Shown here one piece after another: positions 53,244 through 64,000 of a DNA stretch of 64,000 nucleotides. The position numbers and the translations under genes were made by a program. Source of the DNA: Eledone cirrhosa. Taxonomy: Eukaryota. The notes under the pieces are model-generated. The model made no database searches. It saw nothing but the letters and a program-made list of their open reading frames with translations, and was not told where the DNA came from. Positions within the stretch are counted from its first letter, which is position 1; every line of letters starts with the position of its first letter. The DNA lies in the NCBI GenBank assembly GCA_964016885.1, contig OZ024741.1:346208001-346272000 (forward strand), in the 5' to 3' direction.

Positions 53244-56200
53244 CCTGGGAAAACTTAGCAAAAACATTCTAGACAGGGTAATACAACAAATTAAAAACTT
53301 ACCTAATTTACCTTACTTAAAGTTATGGAAGGGGACTGGTGAGATTATTGAGTGGTTTAAAGAAATTAAATATAACTATAATAATAAGTTTATTCAGCTG
53401 GATATTGCTAACTACTATTCATCTATCACTCCTAATCTACTGAATAAGGCACTAAATTACGCATTTAAACATACTGACCTAACTAGCAATGAAATGCACA
53501 TTATATTATCGGCAAGGAAAACATTGATAGAATTTAATAACCAACTCTGGACTAGGGCAGATAGAGATAATAATTTCGACATAACTATGGGATCATCAGA
53601 CTCAGCTCAGGTAACGGACCTTGTGGGCCTATTTATAATTAATTCGCTACATAGAAAAATACCTGGTGTAACCGGAGGATTATATCGTGATGACATGCTT
53701 TTACTTATTGAAAATAATAGCTGTGAACTAAATAGAAAAAGATAACAAATTATACAATTTTTTAATTACCTTAATCTAAAAATAGAAATAGAGAATAACC
53801 ATAGAATAGTCAATTTTCTGGATGTAACACTAAATCTCAACACATGTCTTCATTATCCATTTCACAAACTAAATGAGAACTTGAATTATGTCAATTTTAA
53901 CTCTAATCACCCCAGACCTGTTAAAAATACTATAGTGAACTCTGTTCAAGAACGAATTTCAAGAATTTCATCTAATAAAAATATTTTTGATGAAAAAGCG
54001 CAGTATTACAATGAAGCGTTAGGTAGAGCAGGATATAGAGATAAAATTAAATACATCGATAATAATAATAAGCAAACTAACCAAAATAATAACAATTTCA
54101 ATTACGGTAACAACTTTAACAACTATAATAGAAAAAATTACAATAATTCCAAAAGCCGAAAAAGAAATAGAACTAGAAATATATTATGGTATTCCCCCCC
54201 CCCTTCTCACTAAATATTAAAACCCATATTGCTAAACTATTCTTTAATGCTCTTGACAAACGCTTCCCTAGAACACATAAATATTACTCAGTTTTTAATA
54301 GACACACTATAAAATTAACTTACTCGTCCGCCAAAAATTTAGCGCAAAATATTAATAGAATTAATAATAGGAATGTAAAACCTAACCAAAATACCAATAA
54401 TAACCCAAACAATATTCAATTAAATAACTGTAACTGTAGAAATAAATCTAACTGTCCGTTAAATAACAACTGCTTAGCTAAAAATGTAGTGTACAATTGT
54501 AATGTTAAAACTAATTTAAATTCTTTCAACTATGTTGGTTCCACCTCGACAGAATTTAAACTTCGCTTCAATAATCATAAGAATTCTTTCACAGATCCAA
54601 ACAAAAAATCTTCAACTTCGCTATCTAGCCTACTCTGGCACCTTAAACGAGATAATATTAAATATTCGATGAATTGGGATATTATTTCGTAAGCTACTCC
54701 TTTTAATTCCTCTTCAGAAAATTGTGATCTTTGTATAGAAGAAATATTCTTTATATTAAAGTCCAAAAATTCCCTTAATTTAAGGAGCAATTTATTCAGT
54801 TGCTGCAGACATAGATTGAACTCAACGTTTAAATATAAATATAAATTTAAAATGTAGTATAATTAATTAAGAAATTTAGTTAATATATGAAACCTGTCGA
54901 TAAATCATTAGATTCCTTCACCTTTTTCATTTTAAACTTTCTTCCTAAATATAAACAAGGATATAATAAACTACTCTAAAATGTATATGCTCCCAATGTA
55001 TTAAATAAAATATACGTAAGATAAATTTCTATACTAAATATAAGGCTATCCGTAGAATCACTGGGTCTTCTAAATCTTTTAAATTATTTTTATTTTTTAT
55101 TTGTTTTGACTCTGATAGCTTCTAATAACTTTCATAAGTCTACCCTTTCAATATCTTGTTTGAGATATAGGTAGGATAAATTTCTATACTAAATATATAA
55201 AACATATTATTTTAACTTGAGATACTCTATAGTGTTTTAAAGATATTTAATGCTTTGATATTTCTATATTAATATATTGATATTTGATTATCTCTATACA
55301 AATGCCATATGTGTGTATTAACATGCATATAAAAGTTGTTATAGGGTCTATTTATGTGTTTGTATATATGTCTGTATATATACATGAGCGATGCTGGAGG
55401 ACTCACGCAGATATTTATTTATACATATGTATGTGTATATATGTGTGTGTGTATATGTCATGTATGTTGCAGATATGCATAATATTAAATACATGAACGG
55501 TAATCGTATATATGAGGACATGAATATTAATCGTATATTTATGTATATATACTGTGAACTTTTTATAACACAAGAAGTGTATAGCAGTGATCAAGTGAAA
55601 TCATTTGCGCTTTGTGTGTCTATATTATTGGCTTAAGTAGACATAATTTCTATTTTCAGGACGTACATATGTGTGTATATATATATACATATTTGTATCC
55701 TGATTTTTATGAATAGGGTACTTTTTGAAAGATTTAACTCAGATTTTGGTATATTGATCTCAAGTTTTTAAACTAAACATATGGTCATTATTGAACAATG
55801 TTATTTTCTCATATTATATATCTATGTCCCATTCATGAATATTGATATTTATATTTTTATTATTCATTTCATATAAATTGTTAACTCAACTTAATATGAC
55901 ATGACGTAAAGTTGTCACTATCTCCCCCTCTCTCTATATAGTATTTTCTCTCCCTTGAGTTTTTCTATCTGTATGATGACTTATTATCTCTCTGTTGCTT
56001 TCCTTTGTTTTTCTTATTTCTTCCTTTTTTCTTTCTTTTTTATTTCCTCCTATCTATTTATCTCTTTCTTTTCTACATACATTTCTCTTTTCTCTCTCTC
56101 TCCGATATTTCTCCAGGTTTTCTTTTTCTGTCTCTCCTTCTTTCTCTCTCCTTCTCTTTCTCCGTTTTTTCTTTCTTTCTTTCCGTCTTTTTCTAATTGT

Positions 56201-56408
56201 GCTTAACACTATAACTAATAATATAAACATTTCACAGCTTCCAAAAATAATGGTTGCATTTAATAGGGTACGTCAAAATTATTTATAAAGCTGTTTATAT
56301 ATTGTATTTTGTCTGATGAAGGCATACCATATTTTAATTTGGTATCCCTGAAATATGTATAATGAAATAAATACGGTTTTATAAATATAGTTTCCATTTA
56401 TTAATATC

Positions 56409-56410
<2 letters not shown>
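53242..56410 (+). mobile_element. Naiad-type Penelope-like element (family C), 5'-truncated, with long 3' region
   Basis: RT (QLDIANYYSSI, FDITMGSSDSAQVTDLVG, GLYRDD, VNFLDVTLNL), WYSPP, CNC..CPL..CL and VVY..YVGST..FKLR, with a few stops and frameshifts. Hammerhead at 56305-56369. Confidence 0.88.
56305..56369 (+). ncRNA. Type I hammerhead ribozyme (probably the pLTR of family C)
   Basis: tattttgt CTGATGA agg c atacca tattttaatt tggtat c cct GAAA tatgta TA atgaaata. Confidence 0.75.
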
Positions 56411-56466
<56 letters not shown>

Positions 56467-56499
56467 TAACTCGTGTGCTTCCTCTCCACATTTTATTAT

Positions 56500-56562
<63 letters not shown>

Positions 56563-56567
<5 letters not shown>

Positions 56568-57015
56568 CTATATACTTATTCGAAACATTTTCATTACACA
56601 ATACTACTGCAAAATTATCAGTGAAGTGACCTAAAAATAATCATCAACCATAATATAACCTTTACAACCATGACTACCTCATCTCCACTCTATCTTATAT
56701 GTCTTTAGTTATATTGCTGCTGACGATGGTACTGACGACAATAGTGGTAGTAATTGAAAATGTCGAAATTGAATCTGATGGTAATAAGCATTAGAAACAC
56801 TGCTTTTGTTCATTTTGATGATGATCTAAATATTATGTATGCTATTGCGTTATAGATGCTTTTGCTTTATTCTCAAACCGTTTATTCGGCTTTATTAAAT
56901 TGCTGCGCTGTCCATTGATTGTGTTGCGGTTGCCAGTCTCTCCATTTCTCTTTTTTGCCGTGATATCCTTTTATATGCTTTATAAATGATACTTTACAAA
57001 CAGTTTATATATTTG
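56563..57015. repeat. Inverted copy of 46263-46716
   Basis: Direct comparison; scattered substitutions. Confidence 0.9.
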
Positions 57016-57407
57016 TATAGTTTTTTTGTGCATGTTTATATAAATAAATAAATATATAAATAAATAAATATATAAATAAATAAATATATAAATAAATAAA
57101 TATATAAATAAATAAATATATAAATAAATAAATATATAAATAAATAAATATATAAATAAATAAATATATAAATAAATAAATATATAAATAAATAAATATA
57201 TAAATAAATAAATATATAAATAAATAAATATATATATATATACATTCGTGTTTATTTATTTATATATATATATAAATAAACACGTATTTATATATATATT
57301 TATTTATATATATATTTATTTATATAGACATGCACATATATATGTATGAGTTTATATATATATATGTGTACACACACACACATATATATATATGTATATA
57401 TGAGTAT

Positions 57408-57441
<34 letters not shown>

Positions 57442-57983
57442 CTGTGTATATATATATATATTTAAACGTATGTTGTATACATTAGCCAGAAGGCAATAAT
57501 ATCAATTGTTATACATATCCAGATGAGTTTGGGAAAATATTAATTTCCTTCAGGGAAGTAATAAAAATCTCAAGTGAGCTGATTTGCAAATACGGATGAT
57601 TTTTGATTGTCATCTAACCTCAAGATGTACCAGCATAGATAATCAGATATACATACCTCTCTTGTCAAAAATGGAATTACATAAATAGCCGAAAGGGGTT
57701 AGATGATCATAAGGTGGATTTAAATGATATAAATGTCTGCATCTTTACACCTCTGTGGAAAATATAACGTTATGAAGAGGTAGTGGGATAAGATTGATTG
57801 AATAAAGTTTAATATATTTGTAAGTAATTGGCTACTTTACCGACCGCAAGTAGATTTGAATACAATAAGATATGTGGGATAAAGCTATATATCTCCGTGG
57901 AGATTCAGTCGGCTGCCGTTCTTTCTTTTCTATTAATTTTACATCAACTACTCTACTTTCACTTCTTTACTACTACTACTACA

Positions 57984-58041
<58 letters not shown>

Positions 58042-58152
58042 TATTGTTATTACTACTACTATTACGAGTCGTTGTAGTAGTAATAATAGTAGTAGTAGTA
58101 GTAGTGGTTATTATGTTTTATAATTTATTTTAATCATTATATAAATCTCCAT

Positions 58153-61100
58153 ATCGTTCTCCAGATCAGGCCCGAGAATGTGAAGACAATCCCGGAACCT
58201 ATCCGGCTTCAGAATGGGACGGTCATTCATATTATGACCGAGGGCAAAAGGCCGCATTGTTTTGTTTGTGGGAAAAAACCCATTTGCGAGCCTTCTGCCC
58301 CCAACTGCTGAAAGATACAAAGGGTCGAAAGGCTCCACTGCTGCCGACGCCGGGGCGAGGACCACAAACAACACCAGTACCGGCAAAACCACCAACAACA
58401 AAACCAATAGAAAGAGCACCACCAACATTGACCACCCAGGGGGGAAACGAAGAAAGTTGTCAAAATCCCTATCCCCCCAAAAATACACACACCAATAAAA
58501 ACATAAACACAAACACAAACACACTTACAGACACCGACCCCTCATCTACCAGTAGTGAAGATGAGGGAAAACCCAAATCCCCCAAAATACAAAAAAGGAA
58601 ACACTAAAAGAAAAAAAAAGTCAACAAACCACAAAATCACCCAAAATAAAAAATGCAGACACCACCCACGCAAACATCTCTCCAATAACATCAACACCAC
58701 CATCACCATCACCAGAATCCCCCAAACGCAAACAACCTAAACAGACGCAAGAACAAATACACACACAAACATCTGAAGCTACCGACACCGCACTCACAAC
58801 AAACACAGACACAACCGAAACAACACCACCAAAACCATCACCACCACAGCCACGCAAACAAATAAAATCACACCAACAAAACATACAAAAAACTTCGGGC
58901 TGGTTAGGCGGGCCAACAAGGAACTGATGGCCCTCGTAGCACGAAGTGAAAATATACAAAAAGAGGAGGACATTTTTAAATCGTGCACATTTCGCGTGCC
59001 GGAAAATTTGTTTCTGGTGCGAATGTCGCTCGATTTATACAAAGATATACGAGACAGCTTTTCTGGGACGTGGGAACCCCGAACGTAAAACCCACTTCAA
59101 GACTTTTAAAGGGGTTCCCAAAAGAAACCCCACCAACTATGGATGTCGAACGACCCGACCTTGACAAGAGCCCGGAAGGTAGGTAAACCTTTCCTGGCTC
59201 CCTTTTTAACCTGCCAACATGGCCATATTAAGAGTAGGAAGTTTAAATGTTCGAGGCCTGGGATCGTCCTGGAAGCAGGGTCACCTGCTCAACGACCTCA
59301 GGTCTCTAGAAATGGATGTAATTGCCGTCAGCGAGACCAAGATTTCCGACACGCGCGCACTAGCCCCCATTTTCGACGACTATCAGATCTTTGCATCTGT
59401 TAGCCGGCCGGGAATGGGAGGCGGGGTGGCACTGCTGTTTAGGAAAGGCCTGGATCTCGAGGTAAGGTCGATCTTCCGGGACCCGGACGGGAAGTTGAGG
59501 GTCCTGGACGTGAACAATAACGAAGGTGTTGCCTTTAGACTGGTGGCCGTCTATGCCCCTACTGGAGCAGGACGGCCGGACTTCTTTAGACGTCTGGAAG
59601 CCTTTCTGGGTACGTTCGCCCTTTACTGTTAGCCAGGGACTGGAACGGCATCTTAGACGCACGCTGGGACTGTGTGGGAGTATCCGATAGGAGCGAGGTG
59701 TGCAAAAGCCTCAAGAACCTGATCAGCCAGTTCCAACTGTCTGACAGGTACCGACTAGATTTCCCTAATGCGCCAGTGTGGACCTGGACTAACCGCATAG
59801 GGTACTCTAGATCGTATATAGACAGGATAATCATTAGGAAAATAGACATAAATAGTGTAAGCTGTCCACGTTTTAAAACGGTCGCCTATTCAGATCACAA
59901 GTTTGTGATCTGTATGGTTGACCTAGATAAGACGCGTAGGTTAGGACCTGGTTACTGGAAGCTAAACATGTCATTTCCGGCACGTAAGGCTTACAGGGAC
60001 CAGGTCAACAATTTAGTTAAGAAGAGGTTGACAGGGGAAGTCATCAAAAATAGATGGTGGTGGTGGGGGGTGGGGTGCATTCAAAAGAGAGATTATAGTA
60101 ATGTCGATAGAGTTTAGCAAAGAAGTAGCGTTAGAGAAAAATAGAAAGGAGGGGAGTTGGTAGACGAGGCTATTGGTAGTGGCATTGCAACTAAAGTGCT
60201 AGCGGCGAGAATCCCATTTGACCATGTCTTCAATGCGAAACACGAAGGTTGCATTGTCAGAGCTAAAGCGCGTGCTCTGAGAAAAGAGGGAACCAAAGCT
60301 GTTCGATGGGCCCGCGTGGCAGAGGCGCAGCGTAGTAATAAAACCACGACTCGGTCTTTCACGGACCGAGACGGACACGAGCTGAGCGATTCCAAGCAGA
60401 GTGTGAGGCCTTTCGCCAACAATTTGCTCGGTTTTTCGGGCGAAGTGGTGGGTCAGAGACGGTGGCGGACTTCAGTCTTTACCTCGATGGCTTGCCACAA
60501 CTCTCGACGGCTGACGCTGGACGCTGCGAAAGGCCAATTACTTCAGCCGAGATTCAGGATGCCCTTGTCGGCTGCATGAGGCGCAAGTCACACGGTTTGG
60601 ATGGTCTGCCCTACGAGCTTTACGTAAATACGCCAGACTTGTTCTCCAATCTCCTCGAAGCCCTCTACTGCAACTGGCAGCAAAACGGGAGTATTTCCAG
60701 TACTGTGAGCCGGGGCGTAGTGACGCTGATAAGGAAAGGCGAGAACAAGAGGGACACATTAGACAATTTCAGGCCCATAACTCTGCTCAACACAGAGTTT
60801 AAGATTTTGGCCAGGGTGTTAGCGAAGAGGTTGGCGCTTGTCGTCGGGGATTGGTTGGGGAGGCGCAAACTTGCGCAATCCCAACCAGGTCCATACACGA
60901 CAACCTCCACCTAATGCGATACATCATAGAGAGGGTAGGGTGTACACCTGGCTTCGCTGGGGCTCGGATCAATTTAGATCAATCGAAAGCATTCGATAGG
61001 GTCGACCAACGGTATCTGGAGGCTGTCCCCAAGGCGGCTGGCTTCGGCCCCGTCTTCAGAAGCTGGATCGCTGCAATGCACAGCGACACCTGCTCGGTGG

Positions 61101-62898
61101 TCAAAATTAATGGCCATCTCTTGGAACCGCTTCAGGTCTCCCGATCGGCCCGTCAAGGGTGCCCTCTCTCCTCCCTTCTGTACGTATTGACTCTCAAGCC
61201 TTTACTGCGGAAGCTGGAGCTGTTGCAGGGAATTCCGCTCGAACCGGGACGCGGAAAGGCTGTGTCGGCTTATGCGGACGACATCACCGTGATGGTGTCG
61301 GACACCTCAGAAATCGAGGTGGTCGGCAACTTATTGGAGGAATATGAAAGGTTGACGGGAGCAAAATTTAACCCGGAAAAGTCGGTGGGCTTGCAACTCG
61401 GCACCTGGAGAAGCAAGTCCATGCCGTCCAACAGCGTCGTTAGGCGCTGGACGGACGGACCGGTAAAGTTGCTCGGGGTTTGGTTCGGGCCAGACCTCCA
61501 GGTGGATAAGAATTGGGACGAGGTGACGGGCAGGGTACCCAGTCTCACCCAGAAATGGGCTGGGAGGAAGCTATCACTGAAAGGTCGGGCGGAGGTGGCG
61601 AACGCGTACATTGCATCCGTCATCTACTACCGTCTGACCGTCGTACCTTGCCCCCGTTCGCGCCTCGCCATCTTGGAGCGGCTCCTCTTCAAATTCTTGT
61701 GGAGGGATCAGCATCCGCTGGTGAGGCGGTCCATCTGCTGCCAGAACCCTATATGTGGAGAGCTGGGCATGCCGTGGCTAATGATGCGCAGACACACGCT
61801 GAGGCTGCGGCATCTCCAGATATTCTGCCTAAACGGTGAACAGGTGTGGTCGCCGTTTGCCAGACAGGCCTTTCCGCAGCTCGTTTCTTTGACTGAACTG
61901 CAGTCCTGGGTCAAGAAGAGACCGAGACTAGGTGACTGGCATCTGGAATGTTGCCAGGAACTCACTGCCCTCTACCAGCAGGCAATGCGGTCAGTGGAAC
62001 TTCCACTCTCGAGTTCTATAGACGATTAGTGGTGGGCAAGTGCGAAGACGCACTCGCAGAGGCTCTGCGAGTCGACGAAGTCGAACTAACCAGTCTGTTC
62101 CGGAGGACTTTCGAGCCGCGGACGATGGATAATTTCCAAAACTCCCTCACTTGGCAGTGCTACCGGGGGGCACTGCCGGTTCGAGATAAACTCTACAGGC
62201 ACGGAAGTGCTGTCAGACGGACCTGCCCGAGATGCGCGCAGAGTGACGAAACCGTTCTGCACGCACTCGTCCAGTGTCCGTGCATTACTGACTAGTGCAG
62301 TTCTGTCGAACAGCTGTTGTCGCGTGTAGAATGGATCCGGCTATCGGCCGAGTCCATAGTGAAGATCGACCCGCCGCCTTCTTTTGGCCAGGAAGGGCAG
62401 GCAATTTTCCTCTGTCTGGTGGCAGTAGCGAAAGAGGTTGTATGGTGGACGATGTTGAAAGGACTGAAGACAGACAATTTTCTCTTCGGCCAATCCTTCA
62501 TCAACTTTTTCAAGTTTCACTTGGAAAGGAAGGTGAGAGTGGAGAGAGAAGTTCTGCCCCCCCCCCGTACATTTGCTGAAAGGTGGGTGAATGTGGCGAG
62601 AATGGCCCTTGTGAGTGGGCCTACTCTGGTCATGCGGCTGTAGGTGGGTAAATTTGAGGAGGAGAGGGGTGACTTTCCAGGTTGCTCTCGGAACGTCGGG
62701 TCGTTCAGGATTGGTGGGGTACCTGAGCGAACCCTGGGTGGTCATCCCCACCTATTGGGGAATTTTTCTTGTTGTATTTTTATTGTTACTTTGTTATTGT
62801 TATTCATATTATTTACTCGATTTTTCTGTAAAACCCCACTGTCCCAGTCTTTTGTATTGTCCCCTATATGTCGGCCCTTGTGGCCAATAAATGAAATG
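58153..62898 (+). mobile_element. L1/Tx1-clade LINE with partial ORF1 and full-span but disrupted ORF2
   Basis: ORF1 remnant has a frameshifted CCHC knuckle (CFVCGKK-HLRAFC, ~58258-58297). ORF2 starts with APE at 59219 (LNVRGL, SET, VYAP, DWN, YIDR, SDH), followed by RT (AFDRVD, RQGCPLS, YADD) and a Cys motif CPRC..ETVLHALVQC. AATAAA at the 3' end. 17-bp TSD ATTATATAA(A/C)TCTCCAT at 58136-58152 and 62899-62915. Confidence 0.95.
59219..62643 (+). pseudogene. Tx1-type ORF2 (APE endonuclease, RT, zinc-binding domain) broken by several frameshifts and stops
   Basis: ORF pieces 59219-59632, 59674-60117, 60157-60579, 60462-60914, 60851-62029, 61948-62295 and 62317-62643. Confidence 0.92.
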
Positions 62899-63913
62899 AT
62901 TATATAACTCTCCATGATACTACTACTACAGCTACTACTACTACTACTACTACTACTACTAGTAGTAGTAATAGTAGTCTTAGTTGTCACGGAAAGTTCT
63001 ATAATGATTAAAAGAAATTATAAAACATAACCGTGTTAACAATAGTTGGAATTGATCCGTTACGTTCACGAATGTAGAAAGAATAAAAGTGAAGTAAAAA
63101 GTAAAGAAACGTACATACCCTCTATTCGACAACGTGAGAAATTTGAAAATGTGTGGTATTAACACTTGAAAGCCGAAAGTATTAAAGTGAAACAATAATA
63201 AAATATATAATCAAAAACAGAAAAGAAATGTCTGCACGTTGAACAGAGAGCAAAAGAATTGGTATTTATAAAAATAATTGATACTTATAAAAAATTCAAT
63301 AGAATTTTGACATGTTTCAACACGTATTAGGTAAAAAATAATAGATTCATCCAGACTATTTTATACTTTATAGATGGTGTTGCAGTTTTCAGCTCTGAGC
63401 CAGCTTAGATACGTACTCATAGTTTCAGGTTTGAATTGTATAAACAATAAGAGAAGAGAGCATTTCTTTGTCTATAAAATTTCTACCATTCTGGGCGTTC
63501 TACTGGAGTATAAGAAAACGGAGGAGTATGTAGGCATATATAAATAGAGAAGAATATGCATACGTTCAATACAGAAACAGAGAATGATCTTCAATGTAGT
63601 TGCTGAATAAATAAACATATAGCCAGCCACCTGTCGTCATAAAAGCAAATGGAAGTCATATTGGATAATGTGGTCAAAATAGGATATATTTGATGAGAAT
63701 TGAGGAATGATGACAACAGGAATACTTTTAATCAAACATCCGTTGCATCAACGTTGGCATAATAGTAAAGTACCCACAACCAATCACATATTTACACACA
63801 CACAGATACACACACACAAATACATACATTCGTACGTAGATACATGAATACATATATTCATACATACACACGTACATAATTACATACATACACATGCATA
63901 CATACATACATAA

Positions 63914-64000
63914 ATGGTGGCTGCCAACTCGTTTTCGAGTAACGCCACTAAATTATATCCATGTAGGAGAACCCTTACCGATGCGCTGAACGAGTGTGAC
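63914..64000 (-). mobile_element. 3' end of a third copy of the RTE-derived element (runs off the window)
   Basis: Reverse complement matches 44283-44370, with an adjacent (TACA)n tail. Confidence 0.85.

Overview
This window is AT-rich, microsatellite-dense eukaryotic (metazoan) DNA. The SINE, LINE and Penelope repertoire suggests a cephalopod such as Octopus, but this is an inference. No host protein-coding exon could be supported, and nearly all long ORFs are transposon remnants or simple-repeat artefacts. The window holds two L1/Tx1-clade LINEs with target-site duplications and four R4/Dong-type REL LINE fragments, three of them associated with (TAA)n. It also holds RTE-clade remnants, including a bipartite non-autonomous element and a 5'-inverted sister copy, plus an internally deleted Tc1/mariner element, a MITE and many SINEs. 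The dominant feature is a dense set of Penelope-like elements (PLEs, mostly Naiad-type GIY-YIG) with inverted pseudo-LTRs. Reading both strands gave about 13 recognisable type-I hammerhead ribozyme motifs, plus decayed ones, from at least 7 families. These include non-canonical variants (a conserved CAGAAGA core, a U-U pair at the base of stem II, a 90-nt stem II) and a short ORF-less hammerhead-carrying element. A 93-bp direct duplication, embedded in a ~450-bp inverted duplication, brackets a 9.7-kb stack of retroelements. Coordinates were read by eye and may be off by a few bases.
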